Shown one piece after another: positions 1 to 7,757 of a DNA stretch of 31,104 nt. Each line of letters begins with the position of its first letter. The first letter of the stretch is position 1. Made by a program: the position numbers and the translations under genes. Below the pieces are notes generated by a model. The model was not told the origin of the DNA. It made no database searches and was given only the letters and a program-made list of their open reading frames with translations. The stretch is taken from assembly GCA_045863235.1 (NCBI GenBank), contig BTUM01000087.1, forward strand, positions 1 to 31,104. Reading direction: 5' to 3'. The DNA is from Candidatus Xenobia bacterium. GTDB taxonomy: Bacteria > Vulcanimicrobiota > Xenobia > Xenobiales > QWHO01.

Positions 1-121
1 GAGAGTTGACAGCCCCCGCGTCTGCTCATGAGCTGACACCCAGCGTGGCAACTTTGCCCGAGGAGAGTTGACAGCCCCCGCGTCTGCTCATGAGCTGACA
101 CCCAGCGTGGCAACTTTGCCC
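1..121. repeat. Tandem repeat, 62-bp period, about 2 copies visible, truncated by the window edge
   Basis: Positions 1-59 are identical to 63-121. The unit contains the interrupted palindrome GTC-T-GCTCATGAGC-T-GAC and complementary AGTTG/CAACT ends. No unique spacers. Confidence 0.95.
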
Positions 122-174
122 CAGCGCCCGGAGGGCGGCGGGGAGAACGCCCTCGAGCGCGAACCGAGCCCCCC

Positions 175-2076
175 ATGAAACCGCTGAGCAAGCTGGACTG
201 GCTGGTGGCGGCCGCTCTCACGGCCCTGGTGCTGGGGCTCTACCTGCGCACCCTGCTGCCGGGCATCGGCGCGGCGGACGCGGCTGACCTGACCACGGCG
301 GCGGTCTCGCTGGGCATCCCCCATCCGCCCGGCTACCCCCTGCACACCCTGCTGGGCTGGGTGGCCTCGCGCTTCACGCCCCAGAACCCGGCGCTGGCGG
401 TCAATGCCCTCTCGGCGCTGTGCTCGGCCCTGGCGGGGGGGGTGGTGGCCCTGACCGCCATCTCCTGGTCCGGCTCGCGCTGGGCGGGGGTGGCGGGCGC
501 GCTGGTGCTGGGGCTCGATCCGCGCGTGTGGCACAACTCGGTGGTGTGCGAGGTGTTCGGGCTCAACAACCTGCTGGCTGCTCTGCTCTTGCTGCTTGGC
601 TTGAGGCTGGCTGCCGAACGAGGCCCCAGGCTGCCTCAGGCCATCGCCATCGCTCTGATCTACGGGCTGGGGGCCGCCCATCATCACACCCTGGCCTTTC
701 TGCTGCCGGCCACGGCCGTGCTCTTCTGGCGTGCCCGGCTGCCCTGGACCGACCGGCGCTTTCTGCTCGGGATGCCGGCGGCGTTCGCGCTGGGGCTCTC
801 GCCCTATCTCTACCCCCTCATTCGCTCCCAGGCCAACCCGGGCCAGAATTGGGACGATCCTCACAACCTGAGCAACCTGCTCCACCTCTTCCTGCGCAAG
901 GACTACGGCACGCTCTCGCTGATGCCCGAGCAAGCACGCCAGGCGCTGGGGGTAGACTCCCCCTGGTCGCAGCTGCCCTTCTACTTCTCCAACCTGTTCC
1001 AGGGTCCGGCCCTGGGCCTGCTGGCTCTGATCGCTCTGGGCCTCATCACCAGCGCCATGAAAGACCGCTGGTCGACGCTTGCGGTGGCGCTGGCCTGGCT
1101 GTTCACCGGCCCGGTCTTCCTGATGATCGCCAACTGCCCGCTGGCCCACGACTACTACCTGGGAGTGGTCGAGCGTTTCTACGTGCTGCCCCAGGTGCCG
1201 CTGGCACTCCTGGCCGGTGCCGGGGTCGGCTTCCTGGCCCGCAAGGGGTTGCCCGGCCAGGCGGCGGCCCTGGTCTGTTGCGCCCTGATCGTCGCCCTGG
1301 GCTTGAGTCACTTCAAAGAGCTGGATCAGCGCCGCAACACGGTGGCCGAGGATTACATGCGCAACCTGCTGGCCACCCTGCCCGAGAATGCGCTGTTTTT
1401 GACCGTGGGGGATGGGCCCACCATGCTGCTCGAGTACGCCCAGTTCGCGCTCGGTGAGCGTCCCGACGTGGTCGTCCTCGATCAAGACAAGCTGAAGTAT
1501 CCCTGGTACGTCAGCAGCAAGCGGCGCAACCACACCAGCGTAAGCTTCCCCTGGAAGGTCTATGACGAGGGGCGCACCGCTCCCATGGCGGCCCTGATCG
1601 CCGCCAACTACGGTACCCGACCCATCTTGCTCTGGGGAACCCTGGACCCCAGCGTGAGCGCAAGCTTTCGCCTGCTGCCGGCGGGGCTGGCCCAGCGGGT
1701 GGCCGAGCCCGGGGAGAAGCCCGCCCCCGAAGAGCTCGAGCAAGCCGTGCTCAAAGTGTGGGAGAGCTACGAGAAGCGCAGCCTGGGCGATCACTACAAC
1801 CCGCGCCGCTTCGAATACCTGCTCACCAGCTTCTACGGCTTCCCGTTCTACAATCTGGGGGGCGAGTTCGAGCAGGCCGGCAACCTCCAGAAGGCCGAGC
1901 ACTATTATCGGCAGGCCATCCAGGCCGCGCCTCACTATGCCCTCCCCCACCGCCAGTTGGGCGTGCTGCTGCTGCGCCAGGGCAAGGTCGAGGGCAAGGA
2001 CTTCCTGAAGAGCTACCTGGCGCTCGAGCCCGACGCGCACGACGCGGCCGAGATTCGCCAGTTCCTGGACCGCTGA
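175..2076 (+). CDS. DUF2723 / TMEM260-like GT-C membrane glycosyltransferase with C-terminal TPR
   Basis: DAADLTTAAVSLGIPHPPGYPL motif typical of DUF2723, many TM helices, ERFY motif, C-terminal TPR (FYNLGGEFEQAGNLQKAEHYYRQAIQAAP). Confidence 0.85.
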   Translation: MKPLSKLDWLVAAALTALVLGLYLRTLLPGIGAADAADLTTAAVSLGIPHPPGYPLHTLLGWVASRFTPQNPALAVNALSALCSALAGGVVALTAISWSGSRWAGVAGALVLGLDPRVWHNSVVCEVFGLNNLLAALLLLLGLRLAAERGPRLPQAIAIALIYGLGAAHHHTLAFLLPATAVLFWRARLPWTDRRFLLGMPAAFALGLSPYLYPLIRSQANPGQNWDDPHNLSNLLHLFLRKDYGTLSLMPEQARQALGVDSPWSQLPFYFSNLFQGPALGLLALIALGLITSAMKDRWSTLAVALAWLFTGPVFLMIANCPLAHDYYLGVVERFYVLPQVPLALLAGAGVGFLARKGLPGQAAALVCCALIVALGLSHFKELDQRRNTVAEDYMRNLLATLPENALFLTVGDGPTMLLEYAQFALGERPDVVVLDQDKLKYPWYVSSKRRNHTSVSFPWKVYDEGRTAPMAALIAANYGTRPILLWGTLDPSVSASFRLLPAGLAQRVAEPGEKPAPEELEQAVLKVWESYEKRSLGDHYNPRRFEYLLTSFYGFPFYNLGGEFEQAGNLQKAEHYYRQAIQAAPHYALPHRQLGVLLLRQGKVEGKDFLKSYLALEPDAHDAAEIRQFLDR

Positions 2077-3666
2077 GTGAGCGACGAATCCTCAGCGACA
2101 GGAGCGGTCAATGAGATGGAGCAACTGCTCGCCAGTCTGCGCCAGGAGGGGCGGTCCGACGAGTCGGGCCGCTTCACGCTGCACCCCGAGCGGGCTCGAG
2201 AGGTCATGGGCCGCTACCTCTCGGCCGATCCGCATCGCTATCCCCTCCTCTTCGTAGCCGCCGCCTGCGCTCTGGGGGCGTCCAGCCTCGACTTGCAGGA
2301 AGGGCGGCGCTTTGTTTTCGGGGGAGCCTCGCTCACAAAACTGCAGGTCGAGTCTCTTTTCAGCTACCTGCTGGAAGAAGGGCCGCTGCGCTACCTGGCC
2401 CTGGGCCTGCTGATGGCCGAGCAGCTCGAGCCCGCTCGCATCACTCTGGACAGCGCGGGAGCCAGGCTGTCCCTGCGCAAGGGGAAGACCAGCTGCGAGC
2501 GCTCTCCCCCTGGCTCGAACGAAGGGCTGATGATCGAGCTGCAACCGAGACGCGAGTGGTTCAAGAGCGGCAAGCAGGGCGAGACCCCCGAGCGCGTGCT
2601 CTCTCAGTGGGCTCGCTTCGCGCCCATTCCGGTCCGGGTGGACGGGCGACCGATCAATCGCCCCTACCGGCCGGAGACGCGTCTGGGTTGTCTGGTGCTC
2701 GGCGAGATGAACCTCGACGAGGGCGATCAGACCCTGGTGCTGCGCTCGCCACCCCGGGGGGACTACCGGGCGATCCTGGTGCCGGGACCTCGGGTCGGGC
2801 AACCCCTGGATCTCCTGGGGGTTCTTCCCGCTCGGCCCACCGATCTCGCTCCCAGCCGCAGCGATTTCCTCTGCCTGGTGGACGGGGTGGCTTACCCTGC
2901 CCACGGCCTCCTGCCCTACTGGGTAAGAGGGCTCCTGATCACGCCCCTGGCGCGGCCCGACCTCTCCCTCTCCGCCATCGTGGAGACCGAGGAGCTTCGC
3001 GCTCTGGCCCAGGAGCTGCTCGACCAGCTCGGCAGCTTGATCGAAGAGCTGAGCCAGGCTGCCATGCCCGCCGCCTCCGACGTGCTGCGTCACTACGCCG
3101 CCTGGCGAGGGGGCTCGCAGGGAGTGGAGCTCTTGCAGGCGGTGCTGGCCTACCCCCAGAGCCCCGAAGAACGGGCCCTGACGCTCATCCAGATCGCCAC
3201 CCTGGAGGAGCAGTGTGGACAGCTGGGGGCTGCCGAGACCCACTTGCGCGAAGCTCTGGTCACCCAGCCACTGCGCTCGCGCCGCCTGGAGCTCGTCTGG
3301 CGCCTGAGCGAGATTTTGCGCCAGCGCTTTGCGCCAGCCGAGGAACGGAAGGCAACCCTGGAAGAGTTGCTCGAGCTCTTGGCCCGGCTGGGCCGTAAGG
3401 ATCCACGCCTGGAGCACGCGCTCGAGCAACTGGCAGAGCTGAGCCAGGACCCGGGCCAGGCTCGGGGTTACCTGGTCCGTCTGCTGCAAGAGCGAGAGGT
3501 GCGGCTGGGGCCCAACCATCCTGAGCTGACTCCCACTCTCAACCGGCTGGCCCTGCTCTGCGCGCGCACTCGACCCCTGGACGCAGAGAACTACCGCCAG
3601 CGCTCCCTGGAGATCTGGAGCTACGCTCACGGGCGCGGCTGCGAGCCTCCTCCCGATCCGCCCTGA
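2077..3666 (+). CDS. Degenerate HtpG/Hsp90-like (GHKL-fold) protein with C-terminal TPR repeats; start may be ATG 2116
   Basis: FTLHPERAREVMGRYLSADPHRYPLLFVAAA, ARFAPIPVRVDGRPINRP and PDLSLSAIVE resemble HtpG-family segments. LGPNHPELTPTLNRLA is a kinesin-light-chain-type TPR. Abuts the upstream stop; GGAG at 2101-2104 precedes ATG 2116. Confidence 0.6.
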   Translation: MSDESSATGAVNEMEQLLASLRQEGRSDESGRFTLHPERAREVMGRYLSADPHRYPLLFVAAACALGASSLDLQEGRRFVFGGASLTKLQVESLFSYLLEEGPLRYLALGLLMAEQLEPARITLDSAGARLSLRKGKTSCERSPPGSNEGLMIELQPRREWFKSGKQGETPERVLSQWARFAPIPVRVDGRPINRPYRPETRLGCLVLGEMNLDEGDQTLVLRSPPRGDYRAILVPGPRVGQPLDLLGVLPARPTDLAPSRSDFLCLVDGVAYPAHGLLPYWVRGLLITPLARPDLSLSAIVETEELRALAQELLDQLGSLIEELSQAAMPAASDVLRHYAAWRGGSQGVELLQAVLAYPQSPEERALTLIQIATLEEQCGQLGAAETHLREALVTQPLRSRRLELVWRLSEILRQRFAPAEERKATLEELLELLARLGRKDPRLEHALEQLAELSQDPGQARGYLVRLLQEREVRLGPNHPELTPTLNRLALLCARTRPLDAENYRQRSLEIWSYAHGRGCEPPPDPP

Positions 3667-3672
3667 GTACGC

Positions 3673-3699
3673 AAAAGAGCCGCAGAAGGCTGCGGCTCT
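3673..3699 (-). terminator. Intrinsic terminator hairpin between convergent genes
   Basis: AGAGCCGCAG-aagg-CTGCGGCTCT 10-bp stem; AAAA at 3673-3676 gives a short U-tract on the minus strand. Confidence 0.75.
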
Positions 3700-3714
3700 C
3701 AAAGGCGAGGGGCT

Positions 3715-4158
3715 TTAGAAGACGTTGAAGCCGTCACCCTGAATGACCGCGAAGCTCTTCTCGGGGGCCTGGCGGTCGATGTGGAAGGCCTGTCCCTGGA
3801 CGCTATCGCCGTCCTTCTGAGCCACGACCACGTCCACGCCCTGCGGGGAGAACTTGCCGTAGGCGGCCATGTTGTCCGCCACCGTCTGCACGAACTCGCC
3901 CTGGGTGGAGTTGCCGTTGTAGTAGACCTCGGTCTTGGTGCCAAAAATGTCGGCTTTGATGACGCCGATCTGGCCCTTGGCCAGGTCCATCTCGCTCTCG
4001 TCAAGGCGGATGCCGTCCTCGATCTGAGAGCTGATCTTGCCGTCCACCTCGCGGGCCTGACCGGCGGGGATGTCCAACCGCTGCCCGCCCGGCAGGGTCT
4101 GGCTGTCGCGGAAAGACTGGACGTGGCCCTGAGCCCACGAAGGAACGTTCTGGATCAT
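3715..4158 (-). CDS. Hypothetical protein, 147 aa (MIQNVPSWAQ...)
   Basis: GGAGGT Shine-Dalgarno 8 nt before ATG 4158, followed by a terminator. The longer ORF to 4329 would overlap the divergent gene. Confidence 0.8.
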   Translation of the reverse strand: MIQNVPSWAQGHVQSFRDSQTLPGGQRLDIPAGQAREVDGKISSQIEDGIRLDESEMDLAKGQIGVIKADIFGTKTEVYYNGNSTQGEFVQTVADNMAAYGKFSPQGVDVVVAQKDGDSVQGQAFHIDRQAPEKSFAVIQGDGFNVF

Positions 4159-4196
4159 CTGGATGGACCTCCCCGGAAGATTTTGGTTGCCGACCG

Positions 4197-4230
4197 GTTG
4201 TAACCGACAACCCTGAAAAGGACCTGAAAT
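4197..4230 (-). promoter_or_regulatory. Putative promoter with 11-bp direct-repeat box for 3715-4158
   Basis: Minus strand: ATTTCAG-gtcc-TTTTCAG-N10-TACAAC. Confidence 0.55.
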
Positions 4231-4260
4231 CAGCTTCCTTTCAGGGATGGCGGCTATCGT
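4227..4260 (+). promoter_or_regulatory. Putative leaderless promoter with 11-bp direct-repeat box for the deiminase gene
   Basis: AAATCAG-cttc-CTTTCAG-N10-TATCGT-N7-ATG(4268). Confidence 0.55.
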
Positions 4261-4267
4261 CGACAGG

Positions 4268-5383
4268 ATGCAGATTCGAGCTGTCAGCCCTGGCTTTGTC
4301 ATGGCCTCGCGCCCTTCGCTCGCGACCACCCCGGCAGCCGACCCGCCCGACCAGGTGACCCTCGGCCCCGGCCCCGTGCCCGACTACGCTCCCGTCGCTG
4401 CGCTGGTAGTCCATCGCCTGGCCAGCGACCTGGCTCCCGCCTTCGTGAGCGCGGCCATGGAGCAACTCGGCTTCGGACGCGTGGAGCAGGCCAGCGTGGG
4501 CTACCAGGGCCCCCGCGAGGGGTTCAGCCGCGACCCCAACCTGGTCTGGATGCAAGATTACCGGCCCATCTTCGTCCAACTTCCCGACGGCAGCCGCAAG
4601 CTGGTCAAGTTTCAGAGCCCCAACCCCACCCGCAGCCAGTATGACGGCAGCACCTCGGTGCCGGTTCAGGGGCCTCCCGGTCAGAAGTTCTTCCGCTTTC
4701 CGGGCCAGGAGCGGGGCCAGTGGCTGACCACCGAATCGGTCCCCCTGTTGCACGAGCCCGGCAACCAGGTCAACGCCGGTCGCCAGGTGATCGTGACCGA
4801 CAAGCTGCTGCGCGACAACGCCAGCCGGCCGCCCTCCGAGGTGGTGGAGCTGTTCGCCCGGGCCCTGGAGCGAGCGCCGGATGAAATCGTCGTTCTGCCG
4901 ACCATGCCAGGGGAGCGCACGGGCCACGCCGACCTCTTCGTGATGGCCGTGGGTCCGAGCCGGGTGATGGTGCCCTGCATCGAGCCCCGGGCCCTGGAGC
5001 AGCTCGATTACGGCCACGAGAAGTGGCTGGGCGGCCAGGTGCAGGCGTTCCTGGATCGACAGGCCGCCACCCTGGAGGAGCGGGGGCTGAAGGTGGACCG
5101 ACTGCCCATGCTGGCTCCGGTCTATCTGACCGACAGCCCCAACGGCTGGCAAGGAGCTTTCTACTCCCCCACCAACGGGCAGATTCTCGATCGCACGGTG
5201 CTCTTGCCCACCTTCGCTGCCGAAGGCTTCCCGGAGAGCTATCGACAGCTCAACACCTCCTACCAGGAGAGCTGGAAGAGCTACTTCCAGGAACTGGGCT
5301 TCCAGCCCCAACTCCTGGACGGCACCCGGGTGGGCCGCTCTTACGGGTTATTCCGCTGCCTCAGCTTTCCCGTGCCTCGATAG
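4268..5383 (+). CDS. Agmatine deiminase / peptidylarginine deiminase (PPAD-like, pentein) family protein with an N-terminal low-complexity leader
   Basis: Ordered motifs WMQDYRP (WxRD-like), EPGN (EGGN-like), TGHAD, YSPTN and C-terminal GLFRCLS with the catalytic Cys. Start placed at ATG 4268 from the -10 position; the ORF track gives 4247. Confidence 0.8.
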   Translation: MQIRAVSPGFVMASRPSLATTPAADPPDQVTLGPGPVPDYAPVAALVVHRLASDLAPAFVSAAMEQLGFGRVEQASVGYQGPREGFSRDPNLVWMQDYRPIFVQLPDGSRKLVKFQSPNPTRSQYDGSTSVPVQGPPGQKFFRFPGQERGQWLTTESVPLLHEPGNQVNAGRQVIVTDKLLRDNASRPPSEVVELFARALERAPDEIVVLPTMPGERTGHADLFVMAVGPSRVMVPCIEPRALEQLDYGHEKWLGGQVQAFLDRQAATLEERGLKVDRLPMLAPVYLTDSPNGWQGAFYSPTNGQILDRTVLLPTFAAEGFPESYRQLNTSYQESWKSYFQELGFQPQLLDGTRVGRSYGLFRCLSFPVPR

Positions 5384-6506
5384 AGGCCGAGCCCAGAGCG
5401 CCCACCGCCAGAGCCATGAGCAGCACCGCGACGAAAGCGTGGGCGCGGGCCAGGCCGTAGTGCTCGCCCAGTGCGGCCAGCACGAACGGTGCCAGCAGAA
5501 TGGCCGACCCGGCCGCCAGTGTGATCCGGGCGCTGGCCGCGGGGGCCTGGTCGCCGGCTGCCGTCATGGCCAGGGTGACCAGCAGGGGATACAGGTTGGC
5601 CAGCCCCAATCCGGTCACGAACAGGCCCGTCAGCACCAGTGCCGGGCTCGACCCCAGCCAGTAAGCCAGAAATCCTGTGCTGGCCAGGAGAATCGTTCCC
5701 AGCAAGACGGCCCGGGCCGGCCATCGGGCCAGCACCGCTCCCCCCAGACCGCGCCCAACCAGCATGGCCAGCAAGAAGAGCGTGACTGCGCCAGCTGCGT
5801 CCGCGGGAGCGACCTGGAGTCGAGTCTCGACGAAGGTGGCGGCCCAGAAGATGGTGCAGAACTCGACCGAGATGCCAAGCAACAGCAAAGTCCAGCAGAA
5901 CCAGTAGCCCCCCGGCAGAGAGCCGGAGCTGGCCTGGCCGCCAGATTCGGGGAGCAACGTGGGATCGCGATAGCTCCACCCCAGCAGCAGGGCCAGGCCG
6001 AGCAATCCCAGTCCTGGCAAGATCCGCCAGCTGGCCCCGTGGCGTTCGGCCACGCCCACCACCAGAGGCAGGCACCCGGCCGCCAGGCAGCCCACGAAAC
6101 TCAGCCTGGTGTAGGCCTGGCGCCGCTCGTCGGGGGGACGCCCCGAGAAACTGGTGATCACCAGCGTGCTCAAGAGCGCGGCCATCGTGCCCATGACCAG
6201 CGAGCTGGCCAGCGTCAGGTGCGGATGGCGGGCCAGGGCCAGGCTGGTGAAGCCGAGTCCCAGTCCCAGGCAGGACCAGCGCAGGGTCGTCGGCGAGCCC
6301 AGCCTGGCCACCACCCGGTCGCCATAGAGTCCGGCCACGATCACGCCCAGAGCGTAAGCGCTCGAGTGCATGCCACTCTGGGTATAGGTCAGGGTCAGCT
6401 CCTGGCGCAGGAACGGCAGGGCGGCCCCCAGGCCGGTGACGGCCGAGGAGGTCACCGCCGCCCCCAGCAAGCCGAAGAGGGTGAGGCGGTCAAAAGAGCG
6501 CGACAT
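5361..6506 (-). CDS. MFS transporter
   Basis: About 12 hydrophobic helices and MFS motif A (GLYGDRVVARLG). Overlaps the convergent deiminase 3' end by 23 bp. Confidence 0.9.
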   Translation of the reverse strand: MSRSFDRLTLFGLLGAAVTSSAVTGLGAALPFLRQELTLTYTQSGMHSSAYALGVIVAGLYGDRVVARLGSPTTLRWSCLGLGLGFTSLALARHPHLTLASSLVMGTMAALLSTLVITSFSGRPPDERRQAYTRLSFVGCLAAGCLPLVVGVAERHGASWRILPGLGLLGLALLLGWSYRDPTLLPESGGQASSGSLPGGYWFCWTLLLLGISVEFCTIFWAATFVETRLQVAPADAAGAVTLFLLAMLVGRGLGGAVLARWPARAVLLGTILLASTGFLAYWLGSSPALVLTGLFVTGLGLANLYPLLVTLAMTAAGDQAPAASARITLAAGSAILLAPFVLAALGEHYGLARAHAFVAVLLMALAVGALGSASIEARES

Positions 6507-6512
6507 TGACCG

Positions 6513-6546
6513 AGTAAACGACAGGCGGCTGAAAGAGCTCCGAAAT
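6513..6546 (-). promoter_or_regulatory. Putative leaderless promoter with 11-bp direct-repeat box for the MFS gene
   Basis: Minus strand: ATTTCGG-agct-CTTTCAG-N10-TTTACT-N6-ATG(6506); no SD. Confidence 0.55.
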
Positions 6547-6715
6547 GAGGGCCACGGCAGCGCACCTGCGGATGGGAACCTCCCCGTGGCCGACCCTCGA
6601 GAGCAAACCCGCGGTGCAAGGAAGGCAACAAAAGGCTCGCCATGTTACATTTTCTTTACAAAAAGGGCTCGACGAGCGGGGTTTGTTTGGCCTAATATGC
6701 TCTCGGCGACCACCT

Positions 6716-6771
6716 TGTTCAGCGACCTTTCATCAAACTTTCAGATGCCTTTCAGGTGGAGCGCGTATACT
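6716..6771 (+). promoter_or_regulatory. Promoter with four 11-bp-period repeats and -10 TATACT
   Basis: TGTTCAG(6716), CTTTCAT(6727), CTTTCAG(6738), CTTTCAG(6749), then 10 nt, then TATACT(6766-6771). Confidence 0.7.
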
Positions 6772-6808
6772 TGGGCCAGGCCAGTAAGATAGCGGAGGTA
6801 TTTTTAAG

Positions 6809-7705
6809 ATGAAGCGATTTCAGAAGATGGTCATCGGTGCTCTGACAGCCGGGCTCTTGCTCGCTGGGGTGCAGCCGGTGTCGGCTGAGCCCAGTCGCTC
6901 AGTTCTAGGGCAAACCAGGACCACCACCAGGACCAGCCTGAAGCCTTTCATCCAGGTGAATCGGCTTCAGCGGGAGAAGGGAGTAGGCGGCCGGATTCAG
7001 CAGTCCAGGTCGCTCGGCCTCATGCGGCGTGAGAAGGGCGGAGGTGGCCAGCTCGCTCGCGACCGCGCCCGACGGAAGAACAGCCCCCCGCTGATCAGCA
7101 AGGCCGGTTTCGCCACGCCGATGCGCCAGCAGGCCTTCTTCCGCGGCCAGCGCCCGAAGGGCGTGATGTTTGTAAACCGCGCCGAGCGCCGTGTCGGCCT
7201 GGGACAGCGCCGCAATGTGGTGAACAGATTGAAGTTGCGTTATCGAGTCCAGCGTTCGGTGGCATTCCGCCCGTCGAACTCCGTCCGCAAGCCCGTGCTG
7301 CAGACCATCGACTCGGTTTCCTTCACCCGCCAGACCCTGAGCAAGTATGTGGCCGCCAACTCGATCGGCTCCGTGCTCATCCAGAAGGACCCCGTTTCCG
7401 GTAAGACTTTCCGTCTGCAGTTCGCTGGCGCCCCGGTGACCAAGCGCATCAGCTCGACCCAGGCCGCCATTCGCTGCAACTTCTTCGGCACCGACTCCCC
7501 GGGTGGCGCCACCGTGCCGGTGGTGATGGAGCTGGGGATGACCGGCGCGGGCCCGAACTGGCGCATCAGCGACGTTCGCTTCGTGAGCGTCAACGGCCAG
7601 CAGCGTCCCGGCACCTTCGCCTTCAGCGACGAGGAGTTCGACGGCCAGGCCGCCGTGGCCGCCGAAGACACCGAGGAGAAGGAGTTCCCGACCAAGTCCC
7701 TGTAA
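6809..7705 (+). CDS. Secreted hypothetical protein: signal peptide, Arg-rich region, folded C-terminal domain, acidic tail
   Basis: GGAGGT SD, Sec-type signal (MKRFQK-hydrophobic-VSA/E), followed by a terminator. Confidence 0.85.
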   Translation: MKRFQKMVIGALTAGLLLAGVQPVSAEPSRSVLGQTRTTTRTSLKPFIQVNRLQREKGVGGRIQQSRSLGLMRREKGGGGQLARDRARRKNSPPLISKAGFATPMRQQAFFRGQRPKGVMFVNRAERRVGLGQRRNVVNRLKLRYRVQRSVAFRPSNSVRKPVLQTIDSVSFTRQTLSKYVAANSIGSVLIQKDPVSGKTFRLQFAGAPVTKRISSTQAAIRCNFFGTDSPGGATVPVVMELGMTGAGPNWRISDVRFVSVNGQQRPGTFAFSDEEFDGQAAVAAEDTEEKEFPTKSL

Positions 7706-7727
7706 TGTAGGGCGACCGACCAGCGAG

Positions 7728-7757
7728 AAGGCCCCGGCCCACCAGCCGGGGCCTTTT
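7728..7757 (+). terminator. Intrinsic terminator, possibly bidirectional
   Basis: AAGGCCCCGGC-ccacca-GCCGGGGCCTTTT between convergent genes. Confidence 0.85.

Noticed and set aside
1..121. Left repeat as a CRISPR array
   Set aside because: The whole unit repeats, with no unique spacer, and there are no cas genes in the window.
4201..4256. 18-bp imperfect inverted repeat as an RNA hairpin or MITE
   Set aside because: Better explained as two back-to-back promoters carrying the same box; the same geometry recurs singly at 6513-6546 and 6716-6771.
6550..6640. GGCCACGG...CCGTGGCC stem and GCAAACCC as a c-di-GMP or other riboswitch
   Set aside because: The remaining conserved aptamer features (GAAA tetraloop/receptor, second stem) are not recognisable.
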